Shown in pieces: positions 1 through 7,861 of a DNA stretch of 49,097 nucleotides. The DNA lies in IMG/VR virus record IMGVR_UViG_3300038393_003167, positions 1 through 49,097 of that record. The stretch is one strand, 5' to 3'. The translations under genes and the position numbers were made by a program. Source of the stretch: a virus. Lineage: Duplodnaviria > Caudoviricetes. The first letter of the stretch is position 1; each line of letters opens with the position of its first letter. Below the pieces are notes generated by a model, which saw only the letters and a program-made list of their open reading frames with translations, searched no databases and was not told the origin of the DNA.

Positions 1-1344
1 GTGACCACAGAGATTGCGGTCATCAACAGGCTGGGGGTCGCACTCGCCGCAGATAGCGCGGTGACAATCTCCGGCTTCGATGTCGAAAAGGTTTTCGACA
101 CCGGCGATAAGCTTTTCGAGCTGTCATGTGACTACCCGATCGCCATCATGGTGAACGGGAACCTCGACTTCTTGGGCGTCCCTTGGGAAGTGATCATCAA
201 AGACTTTCGCCGCGAAACGGTCGACGGGTCGGAGATGACCATGCGGGCGTGGGCGATCCGATTTCTGGAGTTCGTCTACCAGCACCGCGCGGTGAACGAA
301 GAGCAGGCCGCGCTCTGGTTGGCTCGCGCCATTCAAACCGAACAGGGGGAAATCGCCGAAGAGATCGGCGCTGCGTTTGCTGAGCTAATCCGCACCGCCG
401 ATGGAGGCGATGCGCTTGCAGCCCTCCGGGAGCGAATCGGTGCGATTTTGCGAGGGCGGGCCACTCGGTATGCTGAAACGGATCGCATCGCGAGTTTGGA
501 GGCTCTCGGCCAAGAAGAGGTCGTCGGGTTGGTTGAGCCGCACCTGGGCAGGGTGGCGACACAAATATTCCGCAACTTCGAACCCACTGAGCAGGAGCTG
601 GAAAGCCTCCGGGCTGTTCTCATAGGAAGGCTGCTCACCAACGTTTCGACCGAGTATAACACGGGGTTGGTATTCTCCGGGTTCGGCGGAGACGATCTAT
701 TTCCTTCGCTCTATTCCGTCGTTCTCGACGGCGTGCTTGCTGGCCGGTTGCGCTACAACATCGCGCACAACGTGGAGGTGACGCGGCGGGGCGGGGGCGA
801 GGACGGGACCACTAAGGAACTTGGCACCGCTCTGTCGTTTGCGCAGACTGACGTGATCACGCGCCTTTTGCGGGGCGCCGATGAGCGGTTCGTCGACAAT
901 TCACGCAGATTCATCCGGAACACCGTTGCAGAGGCAATTCCTCAGATATTTGAGCAGCTATCGTTCGCGATCAGCGCGGAAGACGGCGCGGCAGTCGACA
1001 CCGGGACCATCGCAACTTTTCTTGCGGACACGATCGCAGCCCGATACGAGACCGCAGCTCAGGAGATCGGGGACACGATCGAGCAGGAATTCAAGCAAAC
1101 GATCGCTTTGATGCCCAAGCAGGAACTGATAGAGTTGGCTGAAGCTTTGGTGGGCATCACCGCTGTGGAACGGAAGGCTTCCTATGATGCTGGCACCGTT
1201 GGTGGACCCATCGACGTGGCGTTGATCACCCGATCAGAGGGATTTGTATGGGTGAAGCGGAAGCACCATTTTAAAGCAGATATGAACTTTCGCTATCTAG
1301 CAAAGGTTTTTGGATTCCATCCGCGCCAGGGAGAAACGGCATGA
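1..1344 (+). CDS. Proteasome-beta/Ntn-hydrolase-like protein with a large helical insertion
   Basis: (M)TTEIAV..GVALAADS..DKLF..NG at the N-terminus and TVGGPIDVALIT at the C-terminus match the beta-subunit T1/D17/K33/G47 and SGG-IDV-IT pattern. Confidence 0.65.
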   Translation: MTTEIAVINRLGVALAADSAVTISGFDVEKVFDTGDKLFELSCDYPIAIMVNGNLDFLGVPWEVIIKDFRRETVDGSEMTMRAWAIRFLEFVYQHRAVNEEQAALWLARAIQTEQGEIAEEIGAAFAELIRTADGGDALAALRERIGAILRGRATRYAETDRIASLEALGQEEVVGLVEPHLGRVATQIFRNFEPTEQELESLRAVLIGRLLTNVSTEYNTGLVFSGFGGDDLFPSLYSVVLDGVLAGRLRYNIAHNVEVTRRGGGEDGTTKELGTALSFAQTDVITRLLRGADERFVDNSRRFIRNTVAEAIPQIFEQLSFAISAEDGAAVDTGTIATFLADTIAARYETAAQEIGDTIEQEFKQTIALMPKQELIELAEALVGITAVERKASYDAGTVGGPIDVALITRSEGFVWVKRKHHFKADMNFRYLAKVFGFHPRQGETA

Positions 1345-1505
1345 ACGGACGCATACGTAGAGGCAGCGACCCAGGTCGACGCGACTACCGCACGTCGACG
1401 CTCGATGACCGTGTCGATGAGGTGACTCGCCGAGCGGTAAGAGAGACCGTCGAGGATATCAGGCGCAAGGCCGAACAAAGGTTCGGCGAGCACTGCCCAG
1501 CCTAA
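1341..1505 (+). CDS. 54-aa charged small protein (not in ORF track)
   Basis: ATGA overlap with the upstream stop, GGGAGA SD, ends just before a terminator; MNGRIRRGSDPGRRDYRTSTLDDRVDEVTRRAVRETVEDIRRKAEQRFGEHCPA. Confidence 0.55.
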   Translation: MNGRIRRGSDPGRRDYRTSTLDDRVDEVTRRAVRETVEDIRRKAEQRFGEHCPA

Positions 1506-1507
1506 AG

Positions 1508-1536
1508 AATGCCCCGGTTCGCCGGGGCATTTTTTT
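1508..1536 (+). terminator. Intrinsic terminator between convergent genes, possibly bidirectional
   Basis: 10-bp stem AATGCCCCGG-TTCG-CCGGGGCATT followed by a T run. Confidence 0.85.
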
Positions 1537-2635
1537 AGCCTGCGCTCATCCGCTTCCCAAGCTCGATGACGATAGCCGCATCGTCGACATAGCGCCGACG
1601 GATCGAAGCCACGTTTTCCGGCGACCAAGCAACGATATTGGCGATTTCCTGATCGGTCAGCCGTTGCATGCACAGGTGCGTCACGAACGTGCCCCGGCAG
1701 TCGTGAAGGTGCTTTGCGCGCGCGGGCAGGTTCAGTTCCTCATTGGCCGGCTCGACAATGCCGGCTTGATCGCGGATCAGCGTGATGACGTTCGTCAGGT
1801 CGCCCCATGGCGTGCCCTTCGAGTTGACCAGCACGTTGTTCACCCCTTCGGCGCGGTGGCGCGTGCGCAGCTCGGCCAGCAGTTCGCGGAGCGCGGGGAT
1901 GATCGGCACCACGGCGCGGCGGCGCTTGCCTCGGCTCTTCTTCTGGGCGGTGCGCATGATGGCGTGTTCGCCGACCTGGTCCCAGGTGAGGGCGACCAGA
2001 TCTGCGCGGCGAAGGCCAGTGAGGCAGGCGAGCCATACCGCGTCGATCGCGTGCGGGCGGTTGAGCTGCAAGGCCGCGACGGCGAAGCGGTCGAGATCGT
2101 CCGGCGTCCAGATGATCTCTTCGCGGCCCGCTGGGCGGTAGATGGTCGGGATGCCGGCGGCGACGTTCGCCATCACGTGGCCGCGCAGCTTTGCGAAGCC
2201 CAGCAGGAAGTCCAGCACCTGAACGCCAAGGTCCGCCGCGCGCGGCGTCGCGGCGTGTTCGTCGCGCCACTTCACGATCTTTGCCGTCATGCGAGGATCG
2301 GACCATAGCCGGGTCGGCGTCTCGCCCCATTTCGCCTCGATGCGATCGAGATAGGTGTTCCAGGTTGTGCGAGTCGAATCGGCGAGGTTCTTCCACTCTG
2401 GCGCGCCGCCATCGATCGTGCGCAGCTCGCGGATCACGCCTTCGAGCTTGGTCATGTCGGGCTTGCGCTGATCGTCGATCGCCGCGCTGATCGCGTCCAG
2501 TTCGGCCTTGCCGAGCTTCGGCTTCTTCGGCCCTTCGGCCTTCAGAATGCAGGGACCGCCGCGCCACGCATAGACATACCAGCGCACCGGCTTGCCGGCG
2601 CGGGCCGCGCGGACGAAATGGACGCCTTCGATCAA
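1535..2635 (-). CDS. int: Tyrosine recombinase / phage integrase
   Basis: TGLRRADL (R), HLHDCRGT (HxxR), AWS, RRRYV (Y); N-terminal WYVYAWRGG arm-binding region. Confidence 0.93.
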   Translation of the reverse strand: MIEGVHFVRAARAGKPVRWYVYAWRGGPCILKAEGPKKPKLGKAELDAISAAIDDQRKPDMTKLEGVIRELRTIDGGAPEWKNLADSTRTTWNTYLDRIEAKWGETPTRLWSDPRMTAKIVKWRDEHAATPRAADLGVQVLDFLLGFAKLRGHVMANVAAGIPTIYRPAGREEIIWTPDDLDRFAVAALQLNRPHAIDAVWLACLTGLRRADLVALTWDQVGEHAIMRTAQKKSRGKRRRAVVPIIPALRELLAELRTRHRAEGVNNVLVNSKGTPWGDLTNVITLIRDQAGIVEPANEELNLPARAKHLHDCRGTFVTHLCMQRLTDQEIANIVAWSPENVASIRRRYVDDAAIVIELGKRMSAG

Positions 2636-2787
2636 TGCAGTATCCTATATCCTGCAACGCATATGAGGAACGCGGTGGCCGCTACGTTGATCGCGAGCTT
2701 GACGGGTGCCTGCCGGTGCTCCCACGCCATAATGCCCGAATAGACGGCGCCCAGCAGAGTGGCCGCGATCTGTAGAGCCTCGGTCAC
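2632..2787 (-). CDS. 51-aa protein with two hydrophobic segments (not in ORF track)
   Basis: GTG start, TTGA overlap with the int start; MTEALQIAATLLGAVYSGIMAWEHRQAPVKLAINVAATAFLICVAGYRILH. Confidence 0.55.
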   Translation of the reverse strand: MTEALQIAATLLGAVYSGIMAWEHRQAPVKLAINVAATAFLICVAGYRILH

Positions 2788-2799
2788 CTCGCCCCCTGA

Positions 2800-2991
2800 C
2801 TAAAGCTTCCCAGCGCGATCCCAAGCCTCAAACTCATCAGCAGGTTGCGCCGGAAAGGCGCGCGCGTCCAGCACGCGAATCGTGCCGTCGGGCCGCATCT
2901 CGAACCCGGCCACGTCGATCTGAAGCTCGCGCGCCCATTCGATCGCGCGCTTGACCGCGACCTTGCCGGGATAGGACGAAGCCGCGCTCAT
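2800..2991 (-). CDS. Putative excisionase / small DNA-binding protein
   Basis: 63 aa upstream of int (VKRAIEWARE..EMRPDGTIRV..DEFEAW), ATGA-coupled to the previous gene. Confidence 0.55.
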   Translation of the reverse strand: MSAASSYPGKVAVKRAIEWARELQIDVAGFEMRPDGTIRVLDARAFPAQPADEFEAWDRAGKL

Positions 2992-3353
2992 GCCAGTTCG
3001 AAGCCCAAGCGGCGGCGCAGGGCCATATATTCGACCATGGACATGCGGCCGGCCTCGCGATCCTCGATCGTCCAGCGGTGCATCAGGAAATCGGCGTCGC
3101 GGCGGGCGGCCTTGCCGGTGGCGGTATCGCCGCGCGAGCCACCGCGCGTCTGACGGGCCGCCATCACCAGCGGCGTCAGCGTGCGGCCGCGCGCGGTGTT
3201 GCGGTTGTGGAACTCGGCCTTGTGCGCCGGGCAGCAGAACAGCTGGCGCCACTGGACGCGCCGGAAGGGCTGTCCGCACTCCGGGCACGTGGCGTTAGGG
3301 GCGCGCTCGCCCGCAACGCTGGACGCGGCGGTTTCCGGGCGGGCGTGTAACAC
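2988..3353 (-). CDS. Zn-ribbon phage protein
   Basis: CPECGQPF..QLFCCPAHK motif. Confidence 0.7.
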   Translation of the reverse strand: MLHARPETAASSVAGERAPNATCPECGQPFRRVQWRQLFCCPAHKAEFHNRNTARGRTLTPLVMAARQTRGGSRGDTATGKAARRDADFLMHRWTIEDREAGRMSMVEYMALRRRLGFELA

Positions 3354-3355
3354 GA

Positions 3356-3811
3356 CTAGGCGGCCACTAGCTCGATGGAGCTGCCTCGGGCGCGCCAATC
3401 GGCGTTGATGCTGTTCAGCTGCGCGATCGTTGCGCGCCCCTGCTGTTCCGCCTGTTCCCACCACAGAAGCGCCTCGACCAGTTCGGCATAGTCGCGATCG
3501 GACTGCACGGCGGGATGGGCCAAGGCGTTGCGGAGCGTATCGATGCGCTCGGCCGGCGTGGCGATGGCGCGCATATCGAGCGGTTCGGGCAGCGGCTGCG
3601 GCGTGAAGTCGGGGAAGTGCGGCGACTGCTCGATCGCTCGCGTCCAGTCCGCGGCGATGGCGGAGGCGATGCGCAGGCCGGTTTCGGCGGCGATCGGCGC
3701 CATTTTCCCGCTGCTGACGGCGGCCGGATAGCCGGCCATCCGCTTGCGCAGGATGTCGCGCGCGATCCAGCATAGCGCGTCCGTCGCATCCCAAAGGCGG
3801 GGGCGGGTCAT
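3356..3811 (-). CDS. Hypothetical phage protein
   Basis: ATGA-coupled ORF in the left operon (MTRPRLWDAT...). Confidence 0.65.
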   Translation of the reverse strand: MTRPRLWDATDALCWIARDILRKRMAGYPAAVSSGKMAPIAAETGLRIASAIAADWTRAIEQSPHFPDFTPQPLPEPLDMRAIATPAERIDTLRNALAHPAVQSDRDYAELVEALLWWEQAEQQGRATIAQLNSINADWRARGSSIELVAA

Positions 3812-4749
3812 TGCTCGCCACCGAAGAGGGTTTCGACATCGTCCCAGCGGTGCAGGATCGCACTGAGGATCGAATGGTTGTGATCCTCGCGCGCCTTCCT
3901 TTCGGCCCACAGGTCAAGGTCGAGAAGTGACTTGATCTCGTTTTCGATCAGAGCATCGACATAGCGAGGGCGCAGCGCGTCCATTTCCCAGCTCTCGAAG
4001 CCGTGAAGGTCTATGTAAGAGCCTGGGATGATCGAGCCGTCCTTACGCAGGCCGGCTCTGCTGTCCGTGATCTTCGCTGGATTGCCCGGCAAGCGCAGCT
4101 CGTCCACCTGGTCGCGATTGAGGGCTATCCGCCTCACCTCGACACCCATGCGAGCAAACATCGAAAGCCGGTCCACGTTATCGCGCGTCATATCGATCCC
4201 GCTGGGATCATGATCGCCCAGGTAGATAACCACTGGCCAAAGCCCGGCCGCGAACTCACGCTGGAAGACCTTGCCGGCGTTGTAAGCCTCGGTGAGCGAT
4301 GTGTTGCCTCGGCAGGCCGTGAGCGGCACTCGCCAACGCTCGCACACCGGCTTCGTCACGCCGATCTGAGCGTCCTTTTCGATCCGCACATGAACGCGAC
4401 GGGGCTGGCCCTCCCACAAGTCCTCGCGATATTGCGCGACGACGGACTCCATGATGTTTTGCGGGTCGCTCCAGTGTGGGAGCTGGTGCGCCACACGCAC
4501 ATTGTCGCCGATCAAGTCCCAATCGATCAGACCCGCGAGGCGCGCTTGGCCGATGATATCGCCAAATCGTTTGTAGGACTGGAGCGTGTTGGGAAACCAA
4601 CGCTCTTCGGCGACGAAGTAGTAGTAGAGCGAGCGCAAAGTCACTTCGAAGCCGTCATCGTGAAGCTCTTCGAGCATCTCGATCGCATGCACGATGATGC
4701 GCTCGTGCTCGGCATTGAAGCGCTTGGCGATGAAGGTTTCGCGGCTCAA
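3808..4749 (-). CDS. Spo11/TopoVI-A-like Toprim nuclease
   Basis: TLRSLYY winged-helix tyrosine motif, IEKDA and YLGDHDPSG (DxD) Toprim motifs, WEMDAL. Confidence 0.7.
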   Translation of the reverse strand: MSRETFIAKRFNAEHERIIVHAIEMLEELHDDGFEVTLRSLYYYFVAEERWFPNTLQSYKRFGDIIGQARLAGLIDWDLIGDNVRVAHQLPHWSDPQNIMESVVAQYREDLWEGQPRRVHVRIEKDAQIGVTKPVCERWRVPLTACRGNTSLTEAYNAGKVFQREFAAGLWPVVIYLGDHDPSGIDMTRDNVDRLSMFARMGVEVRRIALNRDQVDELRLPGNPAKITDSRAGLRKDGSIIPGSYIDLHGFESWEMDALRPRYVDALIENEIKSLLDLDLWAERKAREDHNHSILSAILHRWDDVETLFGGEQ

Positions 4750-4982
4750 GACGCCTTCTCCGGCTCCGGAGCGGCGATGCCGGCTGTCGAGTTGACCGCG
4801 ACAACGATCAGCGCGGCTATCTGGTCGGCTTCGCCGTCGGACACGAACTCCGCGTTCACGTCGACCTGAAGCACTGGCGTCCCGTTCTGGTCGACGATCG
4901 AGCCGGGAAACTCGCGGTCCACCTTCAGCGGCAGGGCGACGCCAAGGCGGCCCATGGTGGCGGCGAACAGGTCGGCGCTCAT
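4746..4982 (-). CDS. Hypothetical phage protein
   Basis: 78-aa ORF with 4-nt overlaps at both ends. Confidence 0.6.
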   Translation of the reverse strand: MSADLFAATMGRLGVALPLKVDREFPGSIVDQNGTPVLQVDVNAEFVSDGEADQIAALIVVAVNSTAGIAAPEPEKAS

Positions 4983-5269
4983 GCTAGGCCCGCCTTCAGA
5001 AGCGCAGCGTCTAGCGCTAGCCATGCGGCCTTCTGATCGGGGTCTTCGTCATCATCCCAGTTGCACGGCCGAGCGTCGCGATTGAGCAGTTGCGCTGCCG
5101 CGATCAGGTCCGGAGCGGCAGCGAAGGTCGGGCCGACCTCATCTTCCAGCGAAGTGAAGGTGCAGAACGGGACATCGGTGCTGGCCGGGTTCCCATCGGC
5201 GTCGGCTTCGAAAATCTCGCCCGTGTCCAAATAGACGAACCGACTGCTGAGTTCGCAGGTCGCGCTCAT
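4979..5269 (-). CDS. Hypothetical phage protein
   Basis: AAAPDLIAA motif common in phage early proteins; coupled overlaps. Confidence 0.6.
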   Translation of the reverse strand: MSATCELSSRFVYLDTGEIFEADADGNPASTDVPFCTFTSLEDEVGPTFAAAPDLIAAAQLLNRDARPCNWDDDEDPDQKAAWLALDAALLKAGLA

Positions 5270-5430
5270 GCCGGCGCCTGCCCTGTCGCAATGGCGATCG
5301 CGCCCGCGACGATGATGGCGATCAGAAGGGCGACCAGCAGGCGGCTCGACCGGCGCGGAGCGCATTTGTCGCAGCGGCACCAGTTCGGGTGGTAATCGCC
5401 CCAGCGGGCGGGATTGGTATTGCGGGCCAC
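5266..5430 (-). CDS. 54-aa HxxxCxCxxC + transmembrane protein, first gene of the PL operon (not in ORF track)
   Basis: GGAGG SD, GTG start, ATGA overlap downstream; MARNTNPARWGDYHPNWCRCDKCAPRRSSRLLVALLIAIIVAGAIAIATGQAPA. Confidence 0.6.
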   Translation of the reverse strand: MARNTNPARWGDYHPNWCRCDKCAPRRSSRLLVALLIAIIVAGAIAIATGQAPA

Positions 5431-5456
5431 GTGGCGCCTCCCTGATTGGAGACGCG

Positions 5457-5499
5457 TGGCTACAAGAGTTCTGTAACAGTCGTCAACAGATGTTTTGTA
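5457..5499 (-). promoter_or_regulatory. PL promoter with two repressor operators (OL)
   Basis: TACA-N7-TGTA (5461-5475) and AACA-N7-TGTA (5485-5499); TTGACG -35 (5486-5481) and TAGCCA -10-like element on the minus strand. Confidence 0.75.
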
Positions 5500-5502
5500 G
5501 CA

Positions 5503-5907
5503 TCATTCGTCCGGTGGGATGTAGTCGGGCCAGAAGCCGCTCTCTTCATCGTGCTGGTCGGCTTCGCCCCGCGAATCGGTATGCGTCGGGATGACGGGTT
5601 CAGCGCCATCGATGCCGATCCGGACCCAGGCGCCAAACGTGGCGGGCGCCTGAAACACGGCGCGCAGCTCGCGACCGGCTTTGACCATCGACAATATCCA
5701 GCCGCACCGCTCCGCCGTGATATAGCCGATCTGGATGCCACGGGCGCTGAACACCGCGACGGCCTGGGGATCGACCGGGTTCTTGGGTTCCGGCAGCAAG
5801 TCCACGCGCTCCCCTGGATCGCACATGGCGATCTCGAATCGGCGGTTGCTCTTATCCTTGTTCGGGTGATCTGCGCCGACCACCGCGAGGCTCAGCACCC
5901 GCGGCAA
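5503..5907 (-). CDS. HIRAN-domain protein
   Basis: VVGADH..RR..LLPEPKNPVDPQAVAV..QIGYI HIRAN signature. Confidence 0.85.
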   Translation of the reverse strand: MPRVLSLAVVGADHPNKDKSNRRFEIAMCDPGERVDLLPEPKNPVDPQAVAVFSARGIQIGYITAERCGWILSMVKAGRELRAVFQAPATFGAWVRIGIDGAEPVIPTHTDSRGEADQHDEESGFWPDYIPPDE

Positions 5908-5909
5908 GA

Positions 5910-6590
5910 CTACATCCTGCGCCCGATCCAGATGACCTTGCCGACGATATGCACGTCGTCGAACTCGGCTTCCTCTGGCGGCACCTGGGGATTGTCGGAC
6001 AGGATGCGGTAGCGGTCGCCGCTGGGGCCCTTCACACGCCGAAGACGCTTGATCATGCCGGCGCCCGCATAGGTGAGCGCCCAGATTTGATCCTGCTGCG
6101 CGACGCGGGTCTGATTTGTGTCGATCAGGATCAGGTCGTGGCGGAGAAGAGTCGGCTCCATGCTCTCCCCGTGTCCCGTCGCGAGGAACAGTCGCTCCAG
6201 CGGCGCGCGGGTGAGCTGCTGCACGAAGCCGAGGTTGAACGGCACCAACTGAGCGTCGGGATAATCCGCCACGTCCGCGCCGGCTCCCATCGCATAGCTG
6301 ATGTCGACCTCGCGGATATAAACGAGATCGTCACGCCGCGCCGTGTGCTGCTCGGCTGAGGGCGCGCCTTCCTGGAAGGCCATCTCGACGAAGCGCAGCC
6401 AGTCCGGAATGCGCTTCGCGCCATCCGGCTGCTCGAAACCGGAAACCGTCTGTTGGGTCAGCTTGAGCTGACTGCCTTCCCGGCGCGCGATGGCGCGCGC
6501 GAAGTCGGCAAGCTGGATGGTCGACCAGCCACGCTGTTTGCGCTGCTCGCGCATCCATTCGGCGGCGGCCTTGGCGTCGGTGAAGTTCAT
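5910..6590 (-). CDS. cI: CI-like repressor (HTH + S24 autopeptidase)
   Basis: N-terminal HTH (LTQQTVSGFE), AMG/GAG cleavage region, GESMEPTL Ser, IKRL Lys, SDNP, IVGKV. Confidence 0.92.
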   Translation of the reverse strand: MNFTDAKAAAEWMREQRKQRGWSTIQLADFARAIARREGSQLKLTQQTVSGFEQPDGAKRIPDWLRFVEMAFQEGAPSAEQHTARRDDLVYIREVDISYAMGAGADVADYPDAQLVPFNLGFVQQLTRAPLERLFLATGHGESMEPTLLRHDLILIDTNQTRVAQQDQIWALTYAGAGMIKRLRRVKGPSGDRYRILSDNPQVPPEEAEFDDVHIVGKVIWIGRRM

Positions 6591-6602
6591 TACGCCCGGA
6601 GC

Positions 6603-6670
6603 TACAAAAAAACCGTGCGAGAGTTTTCTACAAAACTCCTGTTGCGTTTGTAACAGAACGTCTGTAGCCA
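6603..6670 (+). promoter_or_regulatory. OR operators (x3) and PR promoter
   Basis: TACA-N7-CGTG 6603-6617, TACA-N7-TGTT 6629-6643, AACA-N7-TGTA 6652-6666; TTGCGT-17 bp-TAGCCA. Confidence 0.78.
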
Positions 6671-6678
6671 CACCGCTC

Positions 6679-7047
6679 ATGGATGAAGCAAGGCTCCACG
6701 AGCGGTTCCTGACCGCACTCGCCAAAGCGGACGGCAACCAGTCCCGCTTTGCCAAGGATATCGGCACGTTCCAGCAGAACGTCTCCTACTGGGTGAAGCG
6801 CGGCAAAGCGCTGCCGGCGGAACATGTGCTTGCTGCCGAGCGCGCCGGATACGGCTCGCGTCACGAACTGCGCCCTGATCTTTATCCACTCGAAACTTCC
6901 CCTGTTGCCGATGCGGATAGCGGCGCGAGTGAGCCGTTGTCAGGGTGTAACGACAGCGACTTCACGCCCCGCGACGATGAACCCGATCTTCCGCTGGCCG
7001 GCTCGCATCGGGAACCGGAACTGCCGATCATCGGAGCGGCAGCGTGA
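6679..7047 (+). CDS. cro: Cro/YdaS-like HTH regulator
   Basis: NQSRFAKDIGTFQQNVSYW..SRHELRPDLY; divergent from cI. Confidence 0.85.
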   Translation: MDEARLHERFLTALAKADGNQSRFAKDIGTFQQNVSYWVKRGKALPAEHVLAAERAGYGSRHELRPDLYPLETSPVADADSGASEPLSGCNDSDFTPRDDEPDLPLAGSHREPELPIIGAAA

Positions 7048-7376
7048 GGGGGGATCGGGTCATTGAGGCCACGGTCAACGCTGCATTGGCAGAGGGCGTT
7101 CTTTCAGGACTTCATCAGCGAGTCCACGATACGCTTTCAGCATCGCACAATCATCGTGAAGGTGGCCGCAGGCGTCGTGGATCAAAGCTGCGGCTTCTGA
7201 TCGGGTCAGCACGTTGCGCGCTATCAGCGTTTCGAGCAGCAGCCCGGTTAGCCGGAGCTGGACAAGGTTCGCGCGCGCAAGTTCCGCCACCGCTTCGGAC
7301 ATCGTCGCCTCCCCCGCATGGGCGGCGGAGTGTATCGCATCCCCGCGCTGCGGCCAACGGCACGGTGCGGCCGTGA
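7044..7376 (+). other. Sense 'bridge' ORF coupled to cro and the CII-like gene, overlying an antisense gene
   Basis: GTGA overlaps at both 7044-7047 and 7373-7376; the translation does not look like a folded protein. Confidence 0.4.
7075..7302 (-). CDS. 75-aa antisense moron protein
   Basis: GGGGAGG SD before ATG; amphipathic helical sequence (LLETLIARNVLTRSEA). Confidence 0.6.
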   Translation of the reverse strand: MSEAVAELARANLVQLRLTGLLLETLIARNVLTRSEAAALIHDACGHLHDDCAMLKAYRGLADEVLKERPLPMQR

Positions 7377-7861
7377 GCGCTCGTACCGACATCACCAACT
7401 CGCCGAGTGATCAGCGCGGCAAGGCGGCGTTTCGTGCCCTTGTCGCCGCATCTGGCGGGCAGGATGGCGCCGAGGCGACCACGGGCAAGGCGCAGCAGCG
7501 CATCAGCCTTTACGGGCATCCGAACAGCAACGCTTTCCCGCCGCTCGACGTGATCGTGAAGCTTGAGGCGGTGAGCCACGGCACGCCCGGCCATCCACAG
7601 GTTACCCGGTATCAGGCTCGGGAAGCGGGATACGAGCTGTTCAAGCTGCCCGATCCGAAAGCCGGCCCAGTGCGCTGGGGCGATCTCTGCGCCCGGCTGA
7701 CGAAGGAACACAGCGATGTCGTCGCGCACGTCTGCGGCGCGCTCGATGACGGTTCGATCTCGAAGGCCGAAGCCAAGGCCGGCCTCAAGGAACTCGACGA
7801 AGATTTGGAAGTGAGGATGCAGCTGCGCGCTGCCCTCCTGGCCGTGCTGGAGGATGAGTGA
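7373..7861 (+). CDS. CII-like phage regulatory protein
   Basis: Position after cro; FPPLDVIVKLEA..HPQVTRY..GYELFKLP..DGSISKAE pattern. Confidence 0.6.
   Translation: MSARTDITNSPSDQRGKAAFRALVAASGGQDGAEATTGKAQQRISLYGHPNSNAFPPLDVIVKLEAVSHGTPGHPQVTRYQAREAGYELFKLPDPKAGPVRWGDLCARLTKEHSDVVAHVCGALDDGSISKAEAKAGLKELDEDLEVRMQLRAALLAVLEDE

Noticed and set aside
1552-1564. GCTTCCCAAGCTC in the int 3' end matches the right junction (GCTTCCCATGCTC) at 12/13 nt
   Set aside because: It is in inverted orientation, encodes ELGK within an intact int, and has no tRNA 3' half beside it; probably chance, not attL.
5910-7047. Overlapping long versions of cI (to 6767) and cro (from 6490)
   Set aside because: The extensions run across the operator/promoter region; starts at 6590 and 6679 fit better.
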